A stretch of DNA of 42,176 nt from contig NC_057753.1 in the NCBI RefSeq assembly GCF_004010195.1, forward strand, positions 2,676,881-2,719,056. Direction: 5' to 3'. Position numbers and translations under genes: made by a program. This stretch comes from Chiloscyllium plagiosum. Its lineage: Eukaryota. Below the pieces are notes generated by a model. The model searched no databases and had not been told where the DNA came from. It saw only the letters and a list, made by a program, of their open reading frames with translations. Positions 12,433 through 23,285 of this stretch are shown piece by piece; positions within the stretch are counted from its first letter, which is position 1, and every line of letters starts with the position of its first letter.

Positions 12433-12894
12433 ATTCGAGATGCTGTTTGTCCTCCACATGAACAGTCAAAATAGGGTATCCGATTCGGATAGTCGCTGCT
12501 TTCTGCACTTTCATTCCCACTTCTTGATGCTAAAAGGTTCTCAAGACCAGGTCAATCGTTAAGAAAATTCTGACACTAAAAGTTTACATGTTATTTATTC
12601 TCAAGTCCTCAACAAGTGAAGACATCGTACCTGCAGCTGCTTTGTCAATAATTTTCTGTTAAATATGGGTTTCTCTTATCACACTTCTCATTCCTCACTA
12701 TTTAAGAGAACAGAAGTCCCGACTGACCAATCTCAATTCAAAGAACTCTCCTGCAAATCATGCAAATGAGTCGAGTGAAACTTTATTTCACTACTTCTAT
12801 GGATGCAATATCCTTTTCGTGATAAGGAAAGCAATACTATGCAAAGTATTCCAGGTGTGTACTAAACAATATTTTCTTGAAGCTAAATATTCTT

Positions 12895-13120
12895 GTAACG
12901 AAAACAAAAAAAGGTGAAAATTGCCGGATGGTCCAGAAACATCTGCGAAGAGAGTAGTAAATGTAACGTTTACACTTCACAGTCTGTTCTTTGGAAATAA
13001 GACAATTTGGAACTTGCAACGCTGAACTTCCAACTCCAACACTACCTTTGTTACTGTTCCACCGATGCTGTCAGAGTTGCTGCCTTTCTCCAACATTTTC
13101 TGATTTCACTTTAGATTTAT
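12895..13120. mobile_element. Strongly decayed fold-back short element, possibly an older relative of the hammerhead family
   Basis: Imperfect inverted arms gaaaattgccgga..cagaaacatctg and gatgctgtcagagttgctgcctttctccaacattttc. Confidence 0.4.
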
Positions 13121-13621
13121 ATCGGAAGCAGTAGTTTACTACTACAAAATTTCCTAAATGTAAAAGTAAATACCGATGAGAATTCCAAAGATTATTCAGG
13201 CTCTGAAAGAAATTTCTCTTCATCTGAATCTTAAGTACACATCGTTTATTTCTCCAGAGAGTATTTGTCATAGTTCTAGAGTCATAGTTACAGCGATGTA
13301 CAGCACAGAAACAGACCCTTCCATTCAGCTCATCCATACCGACAAGATATCCGAAATTAAATCAGAATGAAACATGAGGTAGAAGAGGGTGTGCTGCAAT
13401 GTACAATAATTTTCACGGTCAATTATTCTATTTTCATATTTAATTATTTTTATAGAGGTTCAGTGGATATTTTGTTTCACCATGGACGCTAGGACAAATA
13501 CAGAGATTGCTGCAGAAATTTAATTACTGAAAAATACATCCGATTTCTTGAATGATAAATGCAGAATTGCTGAAATTGAAACCTTAAATCGAAGTAACGT
13601 TTGCAGGTTGGACAGGGTGAG

Positions 13622-13913
13622 GCAGTGCAGCCTCACAGCACCAGGATCCCAGGTTCAATTCCCGCCTCAGGTGACTGTCTGTGTGGAGTATGCACATTCT
13701 CCCTGTGTCTCCCTGGGTTTCCTCCCAGTGCTCAGGTTTCCTCCCACAGTCCAAAAATGTGCAGGTCAGGTGAATTGGCCATGCTAAATTGCCCATTGTG
13801 TTATGTGTATTAGTCAGAGGGAAATGGGTCTGGATGAGTTGCTCTTCGGAGGGTCGGTGTGGACTGGTCGGGCTGAAGGGCCTGTTGCCACACTGTAGGG
13901 AATCTAATCTAAT
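13622..13913 (+). mobile_element. HE1/V-SINE-type SINE with replaced 5' end
   Basis: B box ggttcaattccc, V-domain core, and tail gggcctgttgccacactgtagggaatctaatctaat. Confidence 0.88.
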
Positions 13914-14369
13914 AACAATTATAAAAGGATGAAACTACCTGAAGGTTGTGAAGAGTAAATCAATTAACCTTCTCCCCTCCACTATCTCTCGGTCTGTCTC
14001 ATTTTATTCCATTCCTCTAAGACCAGAGTCGCCTGCCACATCTCTGGTCGCCTCAGTATGCTTGACAGTAAGAGCATTCAGCAGTAAAATCAGAATATGT
14101 AGGAGTACAGGTGTTAAAATAAATGTAAACCAGTTATGGCATATGTTCGTGATGTAGAAGCAATGACTTTTATGCTGTAGAACCGGAAATCTTTTTAATT
14201 ATGTACGAAGCTTCCTGTTGCAAATAAAACACAACATTTTTGCACAGGTCAGGGTGAAGATGAGTCCTCCTATAATTCATGCTCCCATCTTCGCAGTGCA
14301 ATGCCGCCTTAGTGTAAAGGGCTGTCATTCTGATTTCACCTCTGGAATTCTGCTCTTTTCTCCATGATT

Positions 14370-15110
14370 AAACCAAGGTTTCACTGAAATCAGGAGATGA
14401 GTGACACTGGCGGAGCTCAAACTGGGTGTCACTGTCCAGCTCACTGTTCAGCAGGTGCTGCTTTACAGCACTGTTGACTAAACATTCCATTGCTGACAAT
14501 GAATGGAGTTGGCTCAGTAAGCTGAATTGTTGGTTGACAGAACAGTGTGATGCCAACAGCACGGGTTCAATTCCCATCTCCAGTTTGAGGTTAATATGAA
14601 GTGCTGTTCTTCTCAACTTCCTCGCTTGCGTGAGTTCTGGTGGCCCTCATGTTAAATCACTACCAGTCTCTTATCTCTCTCATGAGACAGCAGCCTCTAC
14701 GGTCTTCTAATACTATGGTGACAAAACAGACTGACTATGGGATGGTACACTGATGGGATGGTAATTGGCCAAATGTTATTTGTCTTGCTTTTAGTGCGCT
14801 GGGCATATCTGGGTAAATTGCCAAATTACCGTGGACATGCCTGTGTTGTGCTTAAACAATAACTTGGCGAAGAGTGAGACGATTCTGGAGCACAAATCTT
14901 CATAATGATTACCGTAATCTTGTCAGCGTTACTCAGGATTTTCATTGTCCAGTGCCTCCAACTGTTTCTTTGACTCACTTTGGGCAGCCTGAAGATGAAC
15001 AAGGCATTCTATCAAAGTAAAATTGCCGTTGTTTGTTGCCGCAAGGGGCTTGTGCTGTCACGTGACAGCGTATTTTTTTGAAAATCCGTTTGCATGAATG
15101 AAATATTGAT
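14370..15110 (-). mobile_element. Old LINE RT fragment interrupted by a SINE (copies at 3700-4055 + and 41770-42176 +)
   Basis: MKICAPE..LFAKL, NYHPI and MECLVNSAVKQHLLNSELDSDTQFELRQCHS match the N-terminal RT region of CR1-group LINEs. Confidence 0.7.
14509..14727 (+). mobile_element. tRNA-derived SINE of a second family (mirror at 4055-4229 -; fragment at ~34695-34750)
   Basis: A box tggctcagt and B box gggttcaattccc. It is absent from the paralogous LINE site at ~42105. Confidence 0.7.
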
Positions 15111-18100
15111 GAGAAGCTAATCACACTTAAAATTCTGCTGTGAAAGTCGATCATTCAGACAATCGAGTCCAAAACAAACCACTGAACAGCATCCCACCCA
15201 GACACAACCACAATCGTTTCCCTGCATTTCCCATGGCCAATCCACCTTGCGTGCACATACTTGGGCTGTGGGAGGAAAACCAGAGGACCGCAAGGTAACC
15301 ACGCTGACACGGAAATAATGTGCAAAGTCGACACAGACAGTCGCCCAAGGGACGATTCCATAGGAGTGTAAGACGTAGAAGCAGAAATTACACCATTCAG
15401 TCCATCGTGTCTACTCGACCATTCGATTAAGATTGATTGGATTTTTAAACCCATTTTCATGTTTTTTTCACTTACCTTCGATGCCTTTCGCAATCAAGAT
15501 CATATCTATCCCTGTTTAGTTTATGCTCCAGGAGTTTGGCTCCACAGCGTTCTGTGGCAATGAATTTTATAGATTTACCACTCCCACACTGAAGAAGATT
15601 CGCCTTATCTGCATTCTTAAGGGTCTTACTTTTAATCTAATGGAGTGCCCTTGGGTCCTCCTCTCTCCTACCAATGGAACCCTCCTCCCACGGACCAGTC
15701 TGTCCAGGCCAGTCAGTATTCTGCAAGTATCAATTAGACCCCTTCTGGACTCCGTCGAGTACACTCCCTGACTCCACGAACATTCCTTATATGTTAAGCC
15801 TTCCATTCGTGTGATACTCTTTGTGAACATCTACTGGGCGCTCAGAGTCAGTACATCCTTCCTGAGGTCTGGCGCCACAATTGCTCACAATGCTCTCAAT
15901 GTTGTATGATCAGAATCTACATGAGGTCTGATTCCGAACCAATGCTCCTGGCTACGTTAAGGAACAGTGCCAAAAAGGTAGCCACGGTGCCATAAGTCAC
16001 TTCAGACTGCTAAGCCTGTTCCTGCTGCATAATCGGTTGTTTATCCGCATCGATGCGCTTGCGGAGGCGATGGCATAATGCTGGTAATGCTGCACTATTA
16101 GTTCAAGGGTGAGGTCTCGTGTTCGAATATGCCATGGCAGATAATGGAAATTAAATTCAATATAATACAGAAATTAAGTGTCTCAAGATGACAGCGAATC
16201 GTTACTTAAATCCAAGTAACGTTTTCAGGTTGGACAGGTTGAGGCAGTGCAGCCTCACAACACCAGGATCCCAGGTTCGATTCCAGCCTCGGGTGACTGT
16301 CTGTGTGGGCTCATTAATGTCCATTACAGAAGGAAGCTGCCATCCTAACTTGGTTTGGTTTCTATGTAGTTATTGGTATTTGTAAATCTTTTGATCTCTA
16401 AATCAAACATACTCAACCACTGAGGTAGATAACATATGCAGTACCAATACTTTGACATAAGACCTTTTGGTTATTTTCAACTGTTGTCTCCATGAACGAC
16501 ACTCAAATATTATGATACTACCCATACAATTGTGAGATATATTTTTGAGCGGCAAACAGGAAAAGCAAACTTTATGGAAAATGGCTGATGATTGAGTGCT
16601 CAACTGGACTTGGAATAAAATGTTTATGCAATTGGAATCCGAAAATGGCAAGAGAGCAAACAAAATCATAGAAACTTAAAACATTTTCTCCAAGGATCAA
16701 ACAGACAGAGAAAATTCGATTGTGTTTCCACATGAATGGTTTCAGATTAAAAATTGTTTAAATATATTTGCATTTATCCTTTTAAAAAGTGCTGATAATG
16801 ATTGAATAATCATTTTCTTCTGACTGCTTCCAGAAGCCTAAAGACTGAAATTTAAAAATTTGATAAGAATACAGCAGAAAATAATTTCACAAATTTGAAA
16901 CAGGAAATTGCAGTGATATGGTGTTTGATACTATTGTGTAATGGCGGTGAAGTACGGCAGATGATATTTTGGTATTCATAATGGATACAATGATGTGGCC
17001 GTATCTGTGTTGGACTGGGGTGGACAAAATTAAAAAGAACATAGCAGCAGGTTATCATCAAACTGTTGGACTAGAACAACTTCATCATGGAAGGGCAGAA
17101 CACAAGTGCAGGGATGGCTTTTGGCTTTTGCATCGGGCTTGAGTGAGACGACAGGATATTTTGGAAATGGCGCAAATGGAACGAATGTTTGCCAGAATGA
17201 ATCCTGTGATGATAGGACTGTCACAGAAAGAGAGATTGGATCAGTTAGAGCTGAAGATGTTGCAGCTAAGAAAATTAAGTGGGAATCTCAGAAAAAATTA
17301 TGAATATCTAGCAGGAGTAGACAGGGTTAACATGGAAAGGATGTTCTCGATGACCAGGGAGTCAAGAAACAAGGAAGCCTGCAAGAGTCGAATAAAGTGT
17401 TCCTGCTTCAAATTACTTTGTTTCTCTGGAGAGAACAGAGTTGGGGCTGCATCGCTCTTGCACTGTGGTCACATGTCCTGAATAATATTCAGAGGCAGAA
17501 ATTTGCAGAATTTGCGATGGAAGTTTCATTTATCACCGCAGGTAACTGTGCAAATCAAAGCTTTAGCATTATCTCAATATCCAGACAGTTACTGTCTCTA
17601 TCAAGAAATGTTATTGGGTCTCAGTATATATCGCGTTAGAAATATCACAAAGGTAAATATTTCATTCAACAATGCATTAACACCACCTGAGCAACAGCTG
17701 CGCAGATCTGCTCATTACAAGGACTTTAATAAAACTGAATGAACTAACGAAATCCCCGGAGCATGGAATGAGACATAAATATAACAATTTTACAGTGAAA
17801 TTCTGAACGAGTACACAGGATCAGAAAGAAATGCACGACGCACCAAAAGGTTTGCTGTTTGCCATTTACTATCCCATCATTGGAGTAATCGGAGTTCCAG
17901 GTAAGTTGCTGTACCTTGTTAGCAACTGCATGAACAATGGGGACGCGGCAGTGATAGATATATTGCATTCGAATTGTTTTTTTCCACTTTTCAGTTACTC
18001 TTTCCCGGATTTAATATCTTCTCATTTCCCTGTCACTAGGATACTCGATTTCGTTGAACGGTGATAATTGTTTTTTTATCAACTGTGCGTTACTTTGCGA

Positions 18101-18802
18101 TTGCAACCATATGATCTCTTCCACTTCTATCCTTTCCAAAAAATTTCGGCATTATCAGCATCACGCAATCGGTATCTTCTCCACGTTATCGTGTTTATTT
18201 CAAATTCTAAACCATAAGGCTTCTTCATTTTCTCCCAAAAAATGATGTTTGGCATTATTCTGTCTCTGGCAACACATGCAATTTCGATATTCTAATTAGA
18301 TGATGCCTCCCGGTTAGTGCTTTCACCTTACAAGGTAAAGGCAGTTGTCATGTGCAACTGGCCCTGTTCCTGCAGTGAATGCACATCATGTTATCATGTC
18401 GTCAATTGTATTCTATTCTGCTATTGACTGTGTTATCGTGGATGAATTAAAGAAAACCTTATCGCTGTGTAAATTAGTTCCGTCGTCACACTGAAATTCA
18501 CTTATTGTTATCAATGAGCAAATTACGTCCTGTTCTGTTATTCACTTCAGATGTGGATGCGTTTTCAAATTGTTCAGTGTGTAATTGTAGATTTGTTGTT
18601 GTATTGACAACTACAGAGAAGAAACACGATGAATTAATAATTGAGACATATTAACAATAGAATAATATTGTTATAGAAACCGAGATAATGACGAAATCTT
18701 CTTTATCAGTCTCAGTGGATATGTTTGATCCTATTTCCGTTGTCACGTTGTCCTGAGTGGGAATTTGATTCCAAACGTTCCCACCCGAGGTAAGCACATT
18801 AT
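14551..18802 (+). repeat. Partner arm of the 4.2 kb inverted duplication (upstream region, exon 1 and 5' half of the intron of gene A)
   Basis: Direct reverse-complement match to 1..4229. Confidence 0.97.
17831..17900 (+). CDS. Exon 1 of intact GPR139/GPR142-like class A GPCR (gene A); CDS = join(17831..17900,19804..20714), 326 aa
   Basis: ATG at 17831 encodes MHDAPKGLLFAIYYPIIGVIGVP plus 1 nt, followed by a consensus donor CAG|GTAAGT at 17901. The phase-1 junction with exon 2 restores the TM1 motif GVP-A-N. Confidence 0.9.
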
Positions 18803-19803
18803 TCCTGCAACAAAGAGCTGAAATGACGTCTGCATAAACATTGTTATCATTGCATCTTTATGGATCACTAATATGTGTCATTTATTTCGTTCTCAGCCTC
18901 TACAGAACTCAGTCATTCAGCATGGTTTGCATTCACCACATTCGCTGTTGCTGAGGGTTCTTTAATAACTGGTTTCCTTTATTTTCCTTTTCTCTTCATC
19001 ACACAGAAATGCCCAGACAACATCGTCATCATATTCTTCAGACTGAGCAAAACCGTACACATTGTAGGAACTCTCATCGCCATGTTGCATGGATTCTTGC
19101 TTTAAATGTCCACACAACAATGAAGCCAATTGTTGATCCACACAGTGTAGCAGGTGCATTGGGCGACATTTTAAAAGAGGTTTCCACTGGTTGCACTTCA
19201 CCGTCTGCAGTTATAGTCAGTCCACTCGATACCAACAAATGCCCATTTATACTCGGTGTTGGGGCTCAAATTTACAACTGAACTCTACCTAACATGTTTT
19301 TTTTTCAAAGTCGAAGATAAAAGTATTGCCATTGTACATTCATCTTGCTCTGAATATTTTTGAGCATCCTCACTGCTGACATTAACATCAACGAATCATT
19401 TTGAAATAGTTTCTTGAATTCAGTCATTTTGGATGTGCAGTGTGACACATTAAATGTCCTTGCTAATATTGATACTTATCCTCAGTTGCTCTATCTTTAG
19501 TTATTTCAACATTTCCCAAACTTTTCTGTACGGTTCCTAAGTCAGCTCTGTTTTTTTTTTAATCTTGGAAGATATTAAGTTAATTTTCCTTTCTGTTGAC
19601 ATTACTTGGTGTACTTTCTCATCTGGCAGGCATAATGAATTGAATAAATACTTTTGGACAGCATTCTGAATAATTCACATTCAAGTCTTGCATCATTAAA
19701 CTCTTAAATTTCCGAAGATTTCATGAATGAAGAATGAAATATTTTGTGATTAAAATCTGCAAAATTCATCTTCTTCCTCTATTCCTCTTTCTGTCTATTA
19801 CAG
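17901..19803 (+). other. Single phase-1 intron of GPCR gene A (1903 bp)
   Basis: GTAAGT...polypyrimidine-TTACAG boundaries; colinear with the paralogous intron at 29422-31282. Confidence 0.88.
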
Positions 19804-20714
19804 CTAACTTAGCAGTTATTGTGATCCTCTCACGAAGCAGATGTGGTATCTCTGGATGCATCGTTTATTACCTGGTGGCAATGGCAGTGTCAGATCTACT
19901 GGTCATCCTGACAGCTATCATATTAAACCGCGTTGCTGGGATATACTTTCCGTTCAGTTTTCTCTCAATCACGCCAGTGTGCAGTTTGCGTTCTGCATTC
20001 AATTATGGAGTTATTGATAGCTCTACCTGGTTAACAGTCGCTTTCACCATTGATCGTTTTTTAGCCATTTGTTGTCAGGCGCTCAAAATAACATATTGCA
20101 CCAGGAGGATAGCAACATACGTTGTTGGAATTGTGGCCACATTAAGTTGCATAAAAAATGCTTTTGTGTATTTTATACATGAGCCGAGGTACGTGGTAAA
20201 AAGTATACCCTGGTTCTGTAACATAAAAGACACATATTTCACTTCAATTGCATGGACTACATACGACTGGGCTCGTTCAATTTTATCCATTTGCCTCCCA
20301 TTCATTCTGATTTTGCTGCTCAATGGTCTGACTGTCAGATACATTCTCGCGGCTAATAGAGCTCGCCGGAGACTGCAGAACCAGAACATTGGAAAAAATC
20401 AGAGTGATGCAGAGCTGGAGAAGCGGAGAAAGTCAATTGTTTTGCTCTTTGCCATTTCAGGCAGTTTCATTCTGCTCAATGCATTGTGCTTTATAATAAT
20501 CCTGTATGTCCGCGTTACCAATCTTATTTATGCCTCCGGTTCCGACTTTAATAATCTTCTTTTTGTCCTCAATGAAAGTGCAATCATGCTTCAGTTTTTG
20601 AGTTCCTGCATTAACCCATTTATTTATGCTGGAACTCAAAACAAATTCAGAGCTGAGTTAAAGAATGTGGTACAATATCCTTGGAGACTTTTTCTGAAAA
20701 AGTTGAACATTTGA
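19804..20714 (+). CDS. Exon 2 of intact GPR139/GPR142-like 7TM receptor (gene A)
   Basis: A polypyrimidine tract and TTACAG acceptor end at 19803, and the frame is open to TGA at 20714. Motifs: ANL (TM1), YYLVAMAVSDLL (TM2), C...WLTVAFTIDRFLAIC (TM3, DRF), LPFILILLLN (TM5), RRKSIVLLFAISGSF (TM6), SCINPFIY..Q.KFR (TM7/helix 8). Confidence 0.93.
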
Positions 20715-22199
20715 AGGTCAGCAGGAGGGAGGGAATGCAATGGTATTGCCAATGAATTAGCAATCCAGAGTTTCAGACTGATACTTAGAACGTACATTGT
20801 GAAACGATTCAATGAAGCAGGTCATTGTCAATTAAATTCAAACCGATAAATCTGGAATATAATGCTGGTCTCAATAACAATGACTTCCAACCTCTCATAC
20901 AGAGCAAAGTTCATTCATGGAGGATCTCCGGGAATAGAAAGTGATCCCAATTCCTTTGAAATGTGGTTCACTACGAACTGTTCTCTGAAATATTCTCGAA
21001 AATAATTCAATTCAAGGGCTATTGGGGACGAGGGATTGTTATGATGCTGGGGTCTTACCTCTATGTTAACTAAAACCAAATGCCCAGAAAAGCTCAACTC
21101 ATAATCTGCAAAATAAGTGTGAGTGACAGAGATCGCCTAATTTCGACTATTTGAAGAAAAATAACAATTTAGTTTCCAAACAGAACACTAAACAAAACTA
21201 TTAACAAACTGAACATTCTTTCCCCTAACTGAACACAATCTTATTAACAAGCTGTTCCAGTAGCACGCATATTAAAGTGTGACGTTGAGATGGTTCCAAT
21301 AAGGCAATAGAGACTTACAGATTAGCTCGGAAGGATTTGAAGAGAGAGTTAAGAAGAGCAAGCATTGAACATGAGCACATCTTTCGCAGTTAGAATACAG
21401 AAAATCCCTAAAACCTTCTATGGTGTGTGAGGAACAAAAGGATGACTAGGGTAGGAATAGGGCCAGTCAAAGAGAGAAGTGGAAGGTTGCGTGTGGACCT
21501 TGTGGAGATCTGAGAGGTGCTAAACGAATATTTCTTATCTGTTGTCACTCAAGAAAAAGCGAATACTGTAGAGGAGAAGGCTGTGATACTGGATATTAAA
21601 CTAGTACTGGATATTAAACTAGTCTAGAGTATCAATTCTAGAAAGTGTGAAAGTAGCTAAGTCGCCCAGGCTGGATGGGATCCAAGGATTATCTTTGGGA
21701 AGCTAGGGAGGAGACGGTGGAGCCTTTGGCCTTGATCTTTGAGTCGTCATTGTCTCTAGGTTTCATACCAGAAGATTGGAGGATTATAAATGTTGTGCCC
21801 TTGTTCGAGAAGGGCAGTAGAGATGACTCAGGTAATTACAGACCAGTGAGCTGTACGTCTGTTGTAGCAAAACTTTTAGAAAGGATTATAAGAGGTAGGA
21901 TTTATAATCATCCAGCAAGCAACAATTTGATTGGAGATAATCAACATGGTTTCGTCAAGGGCAAGTCGTTTCTCACAAACCTCATTGCGTTTATTGAGAA
22001 AGCGATCAAGCATGTGGATGAGGGTAGGGCAGTTGACATGGACTTAGTAAAGCCTTTAATAAGGTTCCACATGGTCGGCTTTTGGAGAAAATGTGGAGTC
22101 ATGGGCCTGAGGGTGATTTAGCAGTTTGGATTAGAAACTGTTTTTTTTGTAAGAAGGCAGCGAGTGGTGGTTGATGGAAAATATTTAGCTTGGAGTCCG

Positions 22200-23285
22200 A
22201 TTGTTATGGTTCTGTTCGCCGAGCTGAGAATTTGTGTTGCAGACGTTTCGTCCCCTGTCTAGGTGACATCCTCAGTGCTTGGGAGCCTCCTGTGAAGCGC
22301 TTCTGTGATGTTTCCTCCGGCATTTATAGTGGTTTGTATCTGCCGCTTCCAGTTGTCAGTTCCAGCTGTCCGCTGCAGTGGCCGATATATTGGGTCCAGG
22401 TCGATTTGCTTATTGATTGAATCTATGGATGAATGCCAGCCCTTTAGGAATTCCCTGGCTGTTCTTTGTTTGGCTAGTCCTATAATAGTAGTGTTGTCCC
22501 AGTCGAATTCATGTTGCTTGTCATCTGTATGTGTGGCTGCTAAGGAAAGCTGGTCGTATCGTTTCGTGGCTGGTTGGTGTTCATGAATGCAGATCGTTAG
22601 CTGTCTTCCTTAGCAAACACCTACCAAAAGAGGGAGTTTGATCCCACCCCACGCTCACCAATAGGATAAACAACACACTGAGGAACCTACAAAAAAAAAC
22701 GGACAGATAACCAGGTTCGACCTACAAAGAATGAACCCTGAAAGCAACAATACCCCCAGATTCTATGGACTACCTAAAAAGCAAAACCAATGTAGTGTAC
22801 AAAATCCCATGCAAGGACCGCACAAAACACTGCATAGGACAAACAGGAAGACAGCTAACGATCCGCATCGATGAACACCAACTAGCCACGAAACGAAACG
22901 ACCAGCTATCCTTAGTAGCCACACACTCAGATGACAAGCAACATGAATTCGACTGGGACAACACTACTTTTATAGGAATGGCCAAACAGGGAACAGCCAG
23001 GGAATTCCTAGAGGGATGGCATTCATCCACAGATTCAACCAATAAGCACATCGACCTGGACCCAATATATCGGCCACTGCAGCGGACAGCTGGAACTGAC
23101 AACCAAAAGCAGCAGATACAAATCACTATAAATGCCGGAGGAAACATCACAGAAGCGCTTCACAGGAGGCTCCCAAGCACTGAGAATGTCACCTAGACAG
23201 GGGATGAAACGTCTGCAACACAAATTCCCAGCTCGGCGAACAGAACCACAACAACGAGCACCCGAGCTACAACTCTTCTCACAAA
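22200..23285 (+). mobile_element. Penelope-like element (RT-deleted, GIY-YIG endonuclease remnant, inverted 5' copy) inserted in CR1
   Basis: TSD cttggagtccg (22189-22199 and 23286-23296); PRFYGLPK RT motif fused to NVVYKIPC..CIGQTGRQL..RIDEH; 410-bp inverted arms at 22201-22610 and 22845-23254. Confidence 0.93.
22239..22278 (-). ncRNA. Minimal type I hammerhead ribozyme motif in the Penelope terminal repeat
   Basis: The minus strand reads GCA-CUGAGGA-U-GUCACCU-AGAC-AGGGGAC-GAAAC-GUC-UGC: intact core, helix II, 3-bp helix I, and a loopless palindromic helix III. Confidence 0.75.

Noticed and set aside
17901..18064. C-terminal part of the 77-aa ORF (and its mirror at 739-902)
   Set aside because: Read-through past the GTAAGT splice donor into the intron.
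1..18802. A genuine giant palindrome or large-TIR transposon with a 10 kb core
   Set aside because: The inner end of the left arm is simply an assembly gap, the arms contain host gene sequence, and there is no transposase or TSD. Orientation is unverified.
18875..19281. Nested antisense ORFs within the GPCR intron
   Set aside because: No recognisable domain, and the frames are not preserved in the paralogous intron (30350-30780).
19734..19803. ORF-track start MKYFVIKICKIHLLPLFLFLSIT for the GPCR
   Set aside because: It is the intron's polypyrimidine tract and acceptor. It lacks the TM1 G.P motif supplied by exon 1, and the ATG is not conserved in paralog B.
22765..23196. Stand-alone or domesticated GIY-YIG nuclease gene
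   Set aside because: It lies inside a TSD-flanked Penelope copy, YIG is mutated to CIG, and the ATG comes from an out-of-frame RT deletion junction.
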